Source: a virus
Lineage: Duplodnaviria > Caudoviricetes
Virus record (IMG/VR): IMGVR_UViG_3300044641_001300
Span: 1-58,348 of that record
Reading direction: 5' to 3' (one strand)
Length of the DNA: 58,348 nt
Shown: positions 46,215 to 56,308 of the stretch, piece after piece
Layout: each line of letters starts with the position of its first letter
Position numbering within the stretch: position 1 is the first letter of the stretch
Program-made: the position numbers and the translations under genes
The notes under the pieces: generated by a model
What the model saw: only the letters and a program-made list of their open reading frames with translations
Databases searched by the model: none
What the model was told of the DNA's origin: nothing

Positions 46215-46724
46215 ATGGCTAAAAGAAGTCAGTTAGAGGTGGGTCAAGAATGGGCTTACCACAGAGAGCGCAAGCACGGACACATTGCTTACGGCGGTTA
46301 TTACAAAGTCGTTATTGAATCTGTCGAGCCACATGAGCAAAGTAGATACGGTGGCGCAGTCAGAAAAAGCAACAGCGGTTTAGGCGTCTTAGTTTCTGTC
46401 CACGAAAAATGGCAAGGCGAAATTAGGGTTCATCAAAAGGTTGTTCAGTTGAGCCAGTTATGGAAGCCATGGGCTGAATATGAAGTTGCTCAGGCTGAGT
46501 ACCTAGTTCAATACAAAATCTCTCAAGAAAAGGCGAAGGTCGCTAAGGCTGAGGGAGAAAAGTATAAGCAAGAAGTTTACAACCCTGCTTACAAAGAGTT
46601 CATCAAATTGATTGCAGAACTTAGCGGTGGCAAGTATGTCAGCGGTTGGACAAGACTTGAAGAGTTACCAATCGAAGTATTACAGGGCATCGTAAAGTTG
46701 GCTCAAGAAAAGGCGGTGGCGTAA
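46215..46724 (+). CDS. Hypothetical early protein
   Basis: SD AGAGAGG; promoter upstream. Confidence 0.65.
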   Translation: MAKRSQLEVGQEWAYHRERKHGHIAYGGYYKVVIESVEPHEQSRYGGAVRKSNSGLGVLVSVHEKWQGEIRVHQKVVQLSQLWKPWAEYEVAQAEYLVQYKISQEKAKVAKAEGEKYKQEVYNPAYKEFIKLIAELSGGKYVSGWTRLEELPIEVLQGIVKLAQEKAVA

Positions 46725-47134
46725 TGACTACAAGTGATTATCTAAACGAAGGCGGTTCAATAGTTGTTGAGCCTGAAAAGCGAGAAGTCAAAGTAGGAGA
46801 CATCTTCTACACATCATGGGGCTACGACCAAACGAATGTCGAGTTCTACAAAGTAGTTCGCGCTACAAAGTCATCTGTATGGATTCAGCAAACAGGTCAG
46901 ACTCGAGAAGATGCGACTTACGGCGGTGGCGATTACTGGACAACTAAATCAACAGGTGAGGTCAAGGGTCGTGCGGTTTACAACAGCGAGACAGGCGACT
47001 ACGACATCAAGTTCCCGCCAATCACTCAGCACCGTATTCAGTATGGCTACGGCGAACCTGCCATCAGAATCAATTCTGTGGTGAACGGATGGTTATGGGA
47101 CGGTCAGCCAAAACAGGCTTCAACTGGTCACTAA
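46724..47134 (+). CDS. Hypothetical early protein
   Basis: VGDIFY.SWGYDQTNV.FY.VV motif. Confidence 0.7.
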   Translation: MTTSDYLNEGGSIVVEPEKREVKVGDIFYTSWGYDQTNVEFYKVVRATKSSVWIQQTGQTREDATYGGGDYWTTKSTGEVKGRAVYNSETGDYDIKFPPITQHRIQYGYGEPAIRINSVVNGWLWDGQPKQASTGH

Positions 47135-47148
47135 TAGATTAGATTATT

Positions 47149-47174
47149 AACCCCAGTAGTGATATACTGGGGTT
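47149..47174. promoter_or_regulatory. Palindromic operator overlapping a TATACT -10 box
   Basis: AACCCCAGTA-N6-TACTGGGGTT perfect inverted repeat. Confidence 0.7.
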
Positions 47175-47195
47175 GTTCTCAGAGAGGGGAATCAA

Positions 47196-47408
47196 ATGGC
47201 TCAGAAAGCAGTCAAGAAGATTGGTCAGTATCGCCTTTACAAAGTAGAGGGATACGGAATTTACGAAATCTACTACGGCACAAAGGCAACTGGTGTTCAT
47301 GTAGAAAACATCGCTCACAAAGAAAACTTTGAGTGGGCTGTTAGAGAAATCAAGAGAGGCGTTCAACAGGCTGTTAGAGAAGGCTACGGAATAGGGGTAA
47401 GCAACTAA
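47196..47408 (+). CDS. Hypothetical early protein
   Basis: 70 aa with SD. Confidence 0.6.
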   Translation: MAQKAVKKIGQYRLYKVEGYGIYEIYYGTKATGVHVENIAHKENFEWAVREIKRGVQQAVREGYGIGVSN

Positions 47409-47773
47409 TGAGTAAATATGAAATCGAATCAAGTGGCAAAACTGTCACAACTGTTCATCACGAAGCAAGCACTTTCCTTAGTTTTTCTGAGGAAAATCCA
47501 GTCAAGGTAACAATCTTCAACAAGGAGTATTTCTTAAACTGGGCTTCAATTCACACCGTTTGGGATTCAGAATACATTCCTGAAGCAATCTTAAAGGTAA
47601 GTTTTGTAACTATCTTAAAGAGCGGTTCGGCTGGAGAGAAGTACGACAAAAGAGAATTCAGCCTTCGTGACATCGGGAAATATATCGTGGGCGAGGAAGA
47701 GACATTCAAGTCAATTTTCAAGCAACACGAAGAAACTATTCAAAAGATTACTAAGGAATTAGTTAGTGCCTAA
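47408..47773 (+). CDS. Hypothetical early protein
   Basis: 121 aa coupled ORF. Confidence 0.6.
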   Translation: MSKYEIESSGKTVTTVHHEASTFLSFSEENPVKVTIFNKEYFLNWASIHTVWDSEYIPEAILKVSFVTILKSGSAGEKYDKREFSLRDIGKYIVGEEETFKSIFKQHEETIQKITKELVSA

Positions 47774-47829
47774 TTGATTTCTAAACCCCAGTAGGTTATA
47801 CTGGACTTGTTCTTAGAGAGGAGAACATA

Positions 47830-48039
47830 ATGACTCAAGGCATCAAAGACCCAATCACAGGTAAGACCTACATCTTCAAAGGTCTTACACCTCAGCGCCG
47901 TATCGCAGAGCCTTGCGCTCACGGCTCTCACAATGCTTGCAAGTCTGCACCTCAAGACTTGATTCAAACATTCGGTTTCGAATTCACTAAAACAGTTTGT
48001 TGCTTATGCCAATGCCACTTTGAAGGGGAGGTTCAATAA
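47830..48039 (+). CDS. Cys/His-rich small protein
   Basis: C.HG.H..C...C.C.CH. Confidence 0.6.
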   Translation: MTQGIKDPITGKTYIFKGLTPQRRIAEPCAHGSHNACKSAPQDLIQTFGFEFTKTVCCLCQCHFEGEVQ

Positions 48040-48419
48040 TGGGGTGGGATGTAACTCAGGTCGGTAGCAATATCACAACTCGCAAGTTCGTCGAGCATGA
48101 AATCAAACTTTCATACGACGGAGTTTACGAGGCAATCAAAATTGTCGAGGGCAAGAATCAATACGGGCAAAAGGCTTTCTATGTCGCACTCAGGAAACTT
48201 GAGGACGGCAAGGTCGTGGCGCTTGTTTATCTAACTCGGCGCAAGAATGGTGCAATCGCCATCAAGGTAATTGGAGAATCATCAGGTCCAGCACAAATCG
48301 AGGCTCCAGCATCTTTCATCAGGTTGCTATCACCAACTCAAGATGAATGGGCATCGCAATGGCGAGCAGACTGCATCAATCACTACATATCAACTAAAAT
48401 CCTAAAGGGGGTTTCATAA
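48039..48419 (+). CDS. DUF6927-like protein
   Basis: MGW start, K...ES.GP....AP...I..LS......WR..C. Confidence 0.6.
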   Translation: MGWDVTQVGSNITTRKFVEHEIKLSYDGVYEAIKIVEGKNQYGQKAFYVALRKLEDGKVVALVYLTRRKNGAIAIKVIGESSGPAQIEAPASFIRLLSPTQDEWASQWRADCINHYISTKILKGVS

Positions 48420-48420
48420 A

Positions 48421-48822
48421 ATGGGGTACACACATTACTGGACAACAAAAAGCGAGCCGCTACCTTCAGACTGGCAAAAGTTCTTTGAGGGTGCAATCGC
48501 AATTATCGAGACAGCAAAAGAGGCTGGCATCGACCTCGAGGACAACTCAGACAAAGCAGGATGGGTAATTAACATCAACGGAGTCGGAGCCAATGCTCAC
48601 GAATCTTTTGTACTTGATTCGGGCGATGAACTTGGCTTTAACTTCTGCAAGACTGCGGAGAAGCCTTACGACGCTGTTGTAACTGCAATCCTTATCCACG
48701 CCAAGGCAATCCTCGGCGATGCTATCGAAATCAAATCAGACGGCAACTGGGATGAATGGGACAGCGGGAAAGTTCTTTACGAGACAGTCTTTGACTCTCA
48801 GCCTGAAAGTGTCTTAGCGTGA
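48421..48822 (+). CDS. Conserved hypothetical phage protein
   Basis: MGYTHYW...HE.F...FCKT..KPYD.VV...SDG. Confidence 0.7.
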   Translation: MGYTHYWTTKSEPLPSDWQKFFEGAIAIIETAKEAGIDLEDNSDKAGWVININGVGANAHESFVLDSGDELGFNFCKTAEKPYDAVVTAILIHAKAILGDAIEIKSDGNWDEWDSGKVLYETVFDSQPESVLA

Positions 48823-49004
48823 GCGACGAGATACTAGCCGAATTGGTGGATGAGTTTGGCACGGGGATTCTCTCGTCATCTCATCCACACACGGGTTTAA
48901 CTTTGAGGCAATGTCAGATTTTGTATAACAAGTACGGACTTGAAAAAGGTACTGAGATAGTGAAAAGGTGGAAGAAGTTAAACGCTTTGAGGGACCTTAA
49001 GTAA
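48819..49004 (+). CDS. Hypothetical protein
   Basis: 61 aa, GTGA overlap. Confidence 0.45.
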   Translation: MSDEILAELVDEFGTGILSSSHPHTGLTLRQCQILYNKYGLEKGTEIVKRWKKLNALRDLK

Positions 49005-49355
49005 ATCTGCAACTGTGATTGTAAATCCTTTTGTTGAATACTCGGGGCGATTCATCTCACGCCTTATTCCGTAAAACGCTATCGCCTTACTTACTTTGGC
49101 GGTAGGAACTGTCAGCACGGAATCTTCAAGGATAAATGACCAATGGCTTGCCTTGGTCGTACTGATGCCCGATGCGTACCAGCAATCAAGAACATCTGAC
49201 CAGCACTCTGTTTCAACATAGAGATTGCCTGTTTCTTTCCAGCGTCTATCGCGCTTGACCTCAACTGTTTCAATCGGTGCGGTCAATAGTGAATTGACCA
49301 TAACCTCGCCTTGTTGCCCGAAGCGTAAATCTAAATCCCAATCAGAGCGACTCAT
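48978..49355 (-). CDS. PD-(D/E)xK nuclease-like protein
   Basis: EVK.DR....TGNL.VE...SGI.TT.A..W; coupled to TerL. Confidence 0.6.
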   Translation of the reverse strand: MSRSDWDLDLRFGQQGEVMVNSLLTAPIETVEVKRDRRWKETGNLYVETECWSDVLDCWYASGISTTKASHWSFILEDSVLTVPTAKVSKAIAFYGIRREMNRPEYSTKGFTITVADLLKVPQSV

Positions 49356-50953
49356 AGTGTTCCCCATTGATTTGTTTGTCCGATAGATATTGGCGCAATG
49401 CTTTGAATGACTGAGCGGTTCTCGTAGAGCGCTAATAGTATTGCTTCAGCGCGGTCAGGGGAAGCGACGCCCCGTTTCTTCATATCTATCTTTGACTCAA
49501 TAACAACTCGACCCGACGCATCCGATGTATATGTTGGACCTGCCATTTGAGATAGCACGAACCTATCTACATTTAATCTAATGTCCTGTTTGCCGTCTTT
49601 AGGTTGAACCATCTGCCGAGCGTTCCACCACATCTCTGCTCTTTGATTCTTGAACTTGGCTTGGTCTTTAGGCTTCTCGGCTACATTGACTGCGATGATG
49701 TCAGCGGCGAGCGCTCGCTCTTTGCACCATCTATCCAACATGGAGACAACGCCCCAACCTAATCCGATGGTATCGACCTTAACTCTAATCCTGTCTCGTA
49801 CTGCTCTCTCTTCGTGCATCTTGATACAGGCTTCAATCTCTCGCATGACCACACCTGCGACATCAACTGCGTTAGCATTTTGCTTACCCGATGAGCGATG
49901 AACAATGCTTACCGCTCCGCCATCTAATCGAGCAATAACGAATTCATCTCCGCCATCTGATGCAATATCAACACCAAGTTTAATTATCTTAGATTCAATC
50001 GGCTCTTCATTCTCTGTTGCTAACTCAGCCCATGCAAAAGGAATTACCTTGCCTGTACTTGACTTAGGGAACTGAGCATTAACACGGGCTTCAACGAATG
50101 GAGAATCCTCACCGAACTCGGAGATAACATCATTAACCCAAGTTTGGTCTACGAGGTGCGTCTTAACTTCGTGGGCTTCTATGTAATCAGGACATGAGCG
50201 GCATCTGCCAGTTTCCTCACCCGTAAAGTTTGGAGTGTCATAGGCACTAATTGGAATGATGTTGTATAGCGGACTCGAGCAGATTCTTTCGAACCATGTC
50301 TGCTCTGTATCTGTTGGGGGGTTACCGAGGACAAGTAGTTTCGTATTACCACCCGTCATAAGCGACTCAAGGGCTGTACCGATTGTGTCGGATAAACCTC
50401 CAGCCTCATCAACTACTACGAGCAAGTTAGGTGCGTGGATACCCTGAATCGCTGTTTCATCATGAGCGGCTGGACTAAATCCATATCCAACTACGGTGCC
50501 ATTGATTTTCCATTGAACGGTGTCGGCTTCTCCAGGTAGATTGTTCTTTGAATGAACTCTTCGGATTGCCGCCCACATAATGTTTCTAACCTGTCGGTGT
50601 GTGGTCGCTGTTGTAATTGCTACCGCTGTTCCAGGTGCGTGACAAGATAACCACCAAGCAACGGCTCTCGCGGCTAAGTGAGATTTTCCTGGAGCGTGAC
50701 AAGCGGGAACTACTGTTCTTTTATTTGTCAGCACAGAATTAAGAATCTCTTTTTGTTTACTCCATAGGGTTTCATTCAACCCTTGCTCAACAAATCCAAC
50801 TGGGTCGTTCTGCCATCTAGCCCACGGGTTATCTAATTCAGCATCAAGGATTACCAATAAGGCATGACGCTCATCAGGTGTAAGCATTGCGAGCAACTCA
50901 GCCTGTTTGTTTGAATCGCTTTCGAGGAACTTATCAAGAAGTCTCTCGGTCAT
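49352..50953 (-). CDS. terL: Terminase large subunit
   Basis: W.KQ, Walker A variant ACHAPGKS, VVVDEA, GNP, GVDIA..G.D, SPD.A.A. Confidence 0.95.
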   Translation of the reverse strand: MTERLLDKFLESDSNKQAELLAMLTPDERHALLVILDAELDNPWARWQNDPVGFVEQGLNETLWSKQKEILNSVLTNKRTVVPACHAPGKSHLAARAVAWWLSCHAPGTAVAITTATTHRQVRNIMWAAIRRVHSKNNLPGEADTVQWKINGTVVGYGFSPAAHDETAIQGIHAPNLLVVVDEAGGLSDTIGTALESLMTGGNTKLLVLGNPPTDTEQTWFERICSSPLYNIIPISAYDTPNFTGEETGRCRSCPDYIEAHEVKTHLVDQTWVNDVISEFGEDSPFVEARVNAQFPKSSTGKVIPFAWAELATENEEPIESKIIKLGVDIASDGGDEFVIARLDGGAVSIVHRSSGKQNANAVDVAGVVMREIEACIKMHEERAVRDRIRVKVDTIGLGWGVVSMLDRWCKERALAADIIAVNVAEKPKDQAKFKNQRAEMWWNARQMVQPKDGKQDIRLNVDRFVLSQMAGPTYTSDASGRVVIESKIDMKKRGVASPDRAEAILLALYENRSVIQSIAPISIGQTNQWGTL

Positions 50954-50956
50954 AAG

Positions 50957-51475
50957 TTAAGCGCTCTTCGTTTTACGGGACTCGAGAACCTTGGCTATCT
51001 TCTCTTGTAGTTCTCCCATGGTGACTGTAACTCTAACCTCTGACACAGAATGGCTCAAGACTTCTTGCTTATCAACTCGACCAAAATCTTCAGGGACTTG
51101 ACGCTCTAACCACCAAGCCGATGCTTTCCAATCTCCTTGACTAGCCGCGCTGGATATAACTGCAACCTTTTTAGCGATTGCCTCTGCTCGCGCCCGTGTG
51201 AGAGACTCCAAAAAATTCAAATATATTTTCTCCTCGGGTTTAGGTTTAGCATCAATTAGGGTTGCCAACCTGTCTCGCTCTACCATTCCACGGCTCATCC
51301 AGTTATAGAAAGTGGACTCAGAGATGTTTACCATCGCTACCGCTTTGTTTACTGGCATACCAAGGACAATGAGATTGATTAACTCCTCGCGTTTAATATC
51401 ATCGAGGAGAACTGTTGTTCCTTTAGGTCGCCCCTTTGGTTTAGCGGGTTGCTTCTTTACTACTGCCGTTGCCAC
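50957..51475 (-). CDS. terS: Terminase small subunit
   Basis: GRP, HTH (IS.STFY.W), DWKA.AW.LER; directly upstream of TerL. Confidence 0.8.
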   Translation of the reverse strand: MATAVVKKQPAKPKGRPKGTTVLLDDIKREELINLIVLGMPVNKAVAMVNISESTFYNWMSRGMVERDRLATLIDAKPKPEEKIYLNFLESLTRARAEAIAKKVAVISSAASQGDWKASAWWLERQVPEDFGRVDKQEVLSHSVSEVRVTVTMGELQEKIAKVLESRKTKSA

Positions 51476-51607
51476 TAGAACTCCTGCCCTATGTACCAAA
51501 ATCCTAAGTCAATATCCCAACCGTACTTACTGATATTGAAGCCAATACCGAATCCACTTTTGCGTCCCCAAGCGAACCAGTATCGTCCTATCTTCTTTTC
51601 CATGTCT

Positions 51608-52795
51608 TTATTCTACCTCGGTTGTACAAGCCTCAATAGGCATAAATAATAACTCAGCGATGTCTTTCCATCCATTGATTGTGTTCGCCCATTCATTCAG
51701 GTCCTCGCTATGAACTCTCATATTGTGGTCACCAACTCGAATGGTGGTGCGACCCACAGGAATATGTCCAGGCTTTGATTTTCCCCCTGCAAGAATCTCT
51801 GCCACTTCTTCAGAACTAAAGCCTGTTCCCCGCAAGCCCGTACTCATAAGAAGTTTGTTCAACTCCTGTGGGTCGTATGTTGCCAAGTCAGAGGTTCGAT
51901 TATCGACGATGAGGATTTTGATTTCCTCTATCTCATCAACATCAACCCAATGAACGGCAATTTTCTCCCACCCTAACTGAAGCGCACCTTGATAGGTGTG
52001 ATTGCCTGAAAGAATATGTTTGGTTGCTTTATTAACTACGATAGGTCGGTACTGCCCCATGTGTGTAAGGGACTCAATGATTGCACCGATGTCGCCTTCT
52101 CTTGGGTTAAGCGGATGAATCTTAATCTCGTTTATAGGAACTGTCTCTATATCCGTGGCACTAACTTCAGAGCGCTCGCCGCTTGGCTCAGCCTCAACTG
52201 GTTGCCGCTCGGGTAATCCCAATCGGGTTTTGATTGCCTTGAGGGCTTTTTGTTTCGTCGGGAACTCTTCGTATAACTGCTCACGCCAAGCCTTGTAGAC
52301 CGTACTCTCAACCGTAAACCGCCAAGCGCTAACCTTTACTTCAGGGTCGCTAGGTAAAGGCTTAGAACCGCCCACAGGGTCTTTGTCTTGACCATTCATC
52401 AGCCTATCTAAAGTCTCAACCTCGGCTTGAGTGAAGCCCGTCCCCTCGAGTTCAGGAAGTGTGGTCAATAGACTCTTGAGTAACGGTTCGTTATATGTTG
52501 CAAGGTCGGTCAAACGATTATCAGCCAACACAATCCTGCGAGCGCTCTCTTCATCTACTTCGATATAAGTTATCTTGATTTTTTTCCAGCCGAGTTTCTT
52601 TGCCGCTTTGTAAGTGTGGTTACCAGCCAAGATGAAGTTCGTGCCGTACTGAACAACAATCGGGCGATATTGACCATGGGCTTTGAGTGACTGAGCAATC
52701 GCTTCGATGTCACCCCTGCGTGGATTCGTCGGGTAACTCTCAAGCGTGTTGAGTGCTACTGAAGCAACTTGTCCAACCTTTATGTTTGCTTTCAC
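51608..52795 (-). CDS. Protein with two tandem ParB/Srx-like N-terminal domains
   Basis: NPR.GD..AI..SL...GQYRPIVV...IL.GNHTY.....LGW occurs twice. Confidence 0.88.
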   Translation of the reverse strand: MKANIKVGQVASVALNTLESYPTNPRRGDIEAIAQSLKAHGQYRPIVVQYGTNFILAGNHTYKAAKKLGWKKIKITYIEVDEESARRIVLADNRLTDLATYNEPLLKSLLTTLPELEGTGFTQAEVETLDRLMNGQDKDPVGGSKPLPSDPEVKVSAWRFTVESTVYKAWREQLYEEFPTKQKALKAIKTRLGLPERQPVEAEPSGERSEVSATDIETVPINEIKIHPLNPREGDIGAIIESLTHMGQYRPIVVNKATKHILSGNHTYQGALQLGWEKIAVHWVDVDEIEEIKILIVDNRTSDLATYDPQELNKLLMSTGLRGTGFSSEEVAEILAGGKSKPGHIPVGRTTIRVGDHNMRVHSEDLNEWANTINGWKDIAELLFMPIEACTTEVE

Positions 52796-53094
52796 TAAAC
52801 AGTAGGTTTCGCTGGTCGTCCTCGTCTGCGAATTAGTTTGCCTTGAGCGTCGTACTCAGGTGTACGAGAAATATCATTGCGGATGATTTTGTAAATCAAC
52901 TGCTCGGATACTCCCATTGCTTCAGCAATTTCACGATAGGTGATGCGTTGTTTACGAAGTCGAAGAATTAACTGCTTACGGCGTTTGCCTAAGTCTTGAA
53001 TCTGTACCTGATGGGTACGGATAGCGTCGGTAAGTAACTTAACCTCGTCAAGTCCTTTGCCGTCTAACTCCGTTGCTTCCATTACTGTACTCAT
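52795..53094 (-). CDS. HTH DNA-binding protein with AT-hook-like RRGRP
   Basis: TYREIAEAMGVSEQLIYKII. Confidence 0.8.
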   Translation of the reverse strand: MSTVMEATELDGKGLDEVKLLTDAIRTHQVQIQDLGKRRKQLILRLRKQRITYREIAEAMGVSEQLIYKIIRNDISRTPEYDAQGKLIRRRGRPAKPTV

Positions 53095-53297
53095 ATAACT
53101 TCTCCCTCTTCGAACAGGCGTTCGACAGCATCATCAAACTTAACTTTCTTTTGGATGGAGTTTGCTGTTGCAACAAATTCCAATTCAATTTTCATAATAG
53201 ACTTCTTGTACGCAATTAACATTGCGAGATAAAACGGCAGTATAAAAAAACTAGCAATCGCTAATCCAACTACTGTCCACATTAAATCCCAGTTCAT
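53091..53297 (-). CDS. Small membrane protein
   Basis: N-terminal TM helix. Confidence 0.55.
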   Translation of the reverse strand: MNWDLMWTVVGLAIASFFILPFYLAMLIAYKKSIMKIELEFVATANSIQKKVKFDDAVERLFEEGEVI

Positions 53298-53701
53298 ATT
53301 GTCCTCTCCTTCTTAACTCCTCGTATGTAAATGACTAACGAATTCTTATCGTTCTTTGGTGGCAGAAAAATTAACGACTTTACGAACTTTGAAGAATCAT
53401 CGGGAAGAACTCCCGCGTCTACAAGTCCGTCAATCGCCGCCTTCGCTGAGGGATTACACGCCCCTACATCTTGTAAGCGACCACCCTTCTGATGTGGCTC
53501 CACCGTAACGGTAATCCACGCCATAGGAGGTATCTTCTCATATTTAGCCAAGAGTTGAAAACCCGCTCGCCAAGCCTTTGTTTGTGCCGCTTGCTCCCAC
53601 CGATTGCCAGCGCGTTCAGCGTTTGTGAGCCAAGGTCGCTGATTGAACTCAAGACGATAAATCGTCTGCTCGGCTTCATCCATCTGACAGAAACATTCCA
53701 T
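53294..53701 (-). CDS. RusA-like Holliday junction resolvase
   Basis: D......K..IDGLVDAGVL.DD. Confidence 0.75.
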   Translation of the reverse strand: MECFCQMDEAEQTIYRLEFNQRPWLTNAERAGNRWEQAAQTKAWRAGFQLLAKYEKIPPMAWITVTVEPHQKGGRLQDVGACNPSAKAAIDGLVDAGVLPDDSSKFVKSLIFLPPKNDKNSLVIYIRGVKKERTI

Positions 53702-53704
53702 GAC

Positions 53705-54094
53705 TCAAGCATGAGGGTTTGTCCTAGTCATGTCCAGTTGGGTTTTCTGTCCGTAGTTATCGATATTCCACCAAGCACCAGTTTCATCTTGAAATGGAAT
53801 CTCTTCAGCCGACTCAACCTTTTGAATTAGGTAACCAAGTTCACGGGCTTTGGCTCGATTAGATTCAACCCAACCATGACACCCGCTAGTTCCAGTACCG
53901 CAAAGAACAATTAGATTCGCTGATTCATGAAGCATCTCATTCTTTGAGCCGCCCATCATTCGAGGTCGTCGGTGATGAACTGACATTGGATAACCTAAGA
54001 AATCTCGATTACATCTTTCGCACTTATAGAAAGAACGGGCTAGGACTGCCCATCGAGTTTCTTCAGATACTCGGTTAGGTTTAGACTTTGCCAT
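53705..54094 (-). CDS. HNH endonuclease
   Basis: CERC...HHRR.R..GG...NL..LCG.GT.GCH. Confidence 0.88.
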   Translation of the reverse strand: MAKSKPNRVSEETRWAVLARSFYKCERCNRDFLGYPMSVHHRRPRMMGGSKNEMLHESANLIVLCGTGTSGCHGWVESNRAKARELGYLIQKVESAEEIPFQDETGAWWNIDNYGQKTQLDMTRTNPHA

Positions 54095-54193
54095 TGGAGT
54101 CTTTCATCTGCGATGGCGTCCAAGCAAGCAGGGCATACCTCTGAGTTCGTTTGAACCGCCACCTGCTGTACCAGCCTACAAATCGAAACATCC

Positions 54194-54586
54194 TCATGAG
54201 TCAGGTGCCACCGTTCCATTATCATTTTCCAACGGAGCATCTCCACCTCTGTTCCACTTTTCAAGTAATTCTTTTTTAACTTGTGCTACAAATTCAGGTG
54301 AGGCTTTTTTCTTTTCTAACTCTTGGTACTCAAGAGACATCAGCCTTCCGCGCTCGCGCTCTCTCGAGTCGGCTAGTCTACGACGCCATTCCCGATTTAT
54401 GTGTGCTGGAGTAATGGCTGTGTCAAGGTTTGAATAATGCCAAGAAACAATTTTCTTTGCTTCATCCAAAGGTACATCTGAATCAAGGGACTCAGCCCAT
54501 GCACGAACCTTTAACTCATCGACCTGAATTCGTAGGTCATAGATTCCAATAAATCCTAAAAGGATTGCGAGGTCAGAGAGATTCAT
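54194..54586 (-). CDS. Putative helicase loader / replication accessory protein
   Basis: D.R......V.AW...L......A...V..HY......PA.I motif; follows the replication initiator. Confidence 0.6.
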   Translation of the reverse strand: MNLSDLAILLGFIGIYDLRIQVDELKVRAWAESLDSDVPLDEAKKIVSWHYSNLDTAITPAHINREWRRRLADSRERERGRLMSLEYQELEKKKASPEFVAQVKKELLEKWNRGGDAPLENDNGTVAPDS

Positions 54587-55289
54587 TGCGGAACTTCTCT
54601 GCCAAGTCGATTGCTCTAATTGCTGATTGCTCATGTTTTGTTTTAACCCCTACTCCCCTGAGAACTAAATCCATTTGACGCATTGAAGGAACTGTCCCGA
54701 TGTAATCTAAAGCCTGTTCAATCTGTTCGGCTGTGTAATCGCGCTTCTCCGCGGCTTGGCAGATTGCTAATAAAGAGTGCCACGCACTTTTGCCCAACGG
54801 TTTAACTCTTTGCTTCTCCCACCATTTTCGAGCAACTGCTTCAGAGAGCGGGATAACTGCGATAGCAGTTTCATCGCTCTTTGTTGTAGATAGGACGGAT
54901 GTATAGGACGGATGGTACGGAGTGGAGTTGGGGAGTGAGGGGGTCAGAGTTGGGGAGATGGGGGTATCTGAGTTGGGGAGTTCTATGTCTCCTAAACTTT
55001 GTTCCTCCCCAACAGAGTTGGGTAGTTTCTTCCATATCAACTGATAGACAGTTGCGTTACCTCGGGAGTTTCCCTTAGTAATAATCTTCAAGTGTCCATC
55101 AGCAATCATCTCGTTAATAACTTTTCGGACATACTCAACAGAGCATCGACCCTTGGTTGAGAGATTCGATTGAGATGCAAAGAAGCGACCATCATCATGA
55201 GAAATATCTGCGAGCGCTAGGTGGATGAGTAGGCGAGTCCCGTCATAAGGCGAGTCCGACCAAACTTTTGTTATCCACCTGATACTCAC
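54573..55289 (-). CDS. Replication initiator (N-terminal winged HTH)
   Basis: MSI.....VW...L...LAD..DDG..F.S. Confidence 0.75.
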   Translation of the reverse strand: MSIRWITKVWSDSPYDGTRLLIHLALADISHDDGRFFASQSNLSTKGRCSVEYVRKVINEMIADGHLKIITKGNSRGNATVYQLIWKKLPNSVGEEQSLGDIELPNSDTPISPTLTPSLPNSTPYHPSYTSVLSTTKSDETAIAVIPLSEAVARKWWEKQRVKPLGKSAWHSLLAICQAAEKRDYTAEQIEQALDYIGTVPSMRQMDLVLRGVGVKTKHEQSAIRAIDLAEKFRNESL

Positions 55290-55663
55290 AAATTACCTCC
55301 ACAATGCGGACAACATTTTTTGCGTCCTTGTTTTTCAATGACCCGACCTTGTACACAAAACACATCCACATAAACCTTACAGCCGTTACGAGTTTCTTTT
55401 AACCTCGCTATGCGTCCAGTTTTATGAAGAACGGACAATACACCCGAAGCCGTTCCATGGTGAAGTCCAGTTATCTCTGAGAACTCTTTCCAAGTTAAAC
55501 CTGCCATCTCTCGTTGAGATAGAAGGTTCAAGGCTTGCGCTTGACGCAGGGCGGTCTTACCTGACCTATCCGCGTGAAGCGCTCGCTCCCTCGAAGTATC
55601 TGTTCCGCTGTGTCCCGAAGTTTGGTTATACGGTAACTCGGGCTGGTTCAATAATGCTGACAT
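55286..55663 (-). CDS. Winged-HTH DNA-binding protein
   Basis: GLTW.E.....GLHHG.ASG.LS.LH; C-terminal CPHCG. Confidence 0.65.
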   Translation of the reverse strand: MSALLNQPELPYNQTSGHSGTDTSRERALHADRSGKTALRQAQALNLLSQREMAGLTWKEFSEITGLHHGTASGVLSVLHKTGRIARLKETRNGCKVYVDVFCVQGRVIEKQGRKKCCPHCGGNL

Positions 55664-56297
55664 CTTCAATTTCCTCTTCCAACTTTGTTGGTGTCAATTT
55701 AGTTTGTTGCTCTTTGAACTTGGCACGGAATTGGTCGAGAAGCCCAACTGGGTAAGAGTCCTTGTTCGCAGTTATGTACTGACCGACTTCAGATAAAGAT
55801 TCAATCGTGGTCGATTGGTTAATTTTTGCTATGACTGCCTCGGGCGCTAAAACATCTTCAGCGCTTGAGCGTTCATAGGAATGTGCATCAGGGTCCACCT
55901 CATCGGTTGGAAGTGATAGCGATTGCAGTAGCGCAGTACGGAAAGCAACTGACATGGCTTTGGCTGTTGCCTTATCGCCTGAGTCCATCGCTTCGCCAAC
56001 TACCGTCGCCTTAATTGCATCACCGTTTGCTCCGATGAATGTGTAAGTCACTTTGACTCTGACATGACCCATAGCAGTTCGGTTCCGTCCAATCTCAACT
56101 GTTTGATAGTCATACTCTTCAACTGAAGGCACGATGACTACACCAAACTTTTGAAGTGCTGGCGATACAGCATTGACAACAGAATCAATTCCTCGGAAGT
56201 TAAATCCTTGGGCTGTGTTCTTGTCCTTCTTTGCGATTGCTCCAACTGCTTTCATGATTTCATTTAGCGCTTGCGCTATTGGTAATTTGTTTTCCAT
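55626..56297 (-). CDS. ERF-family single-strand annealing protein
   Basis: N..QG.NFRGID.V, GEA.DSGDKA..KAMS.A.R..L. Confidence 0.9.
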   Translation of the reverse strand: MENKLPIAQALNEIMKAVGAIAKKDKNTAQGFNFRGIDSVVNAVSPALQKFGVVIVPSVEEYDYQTVEIGRNRTAMGHVRVKVTYTFIGANGDAIKATVVGEAMDSGDKATAKAMSVAFRTALLQSLSLPTDEVDPDAHSYERSSAEDVLAPEAVIAKINQSTTIESLSEVGQYITANKDSYPVGLLDQFRAKFKEQQTKLTPTKLEEEIEDVSIIEPARVTV

Positions 56298-56308
56298 GTT
56301 CCCTCTCT

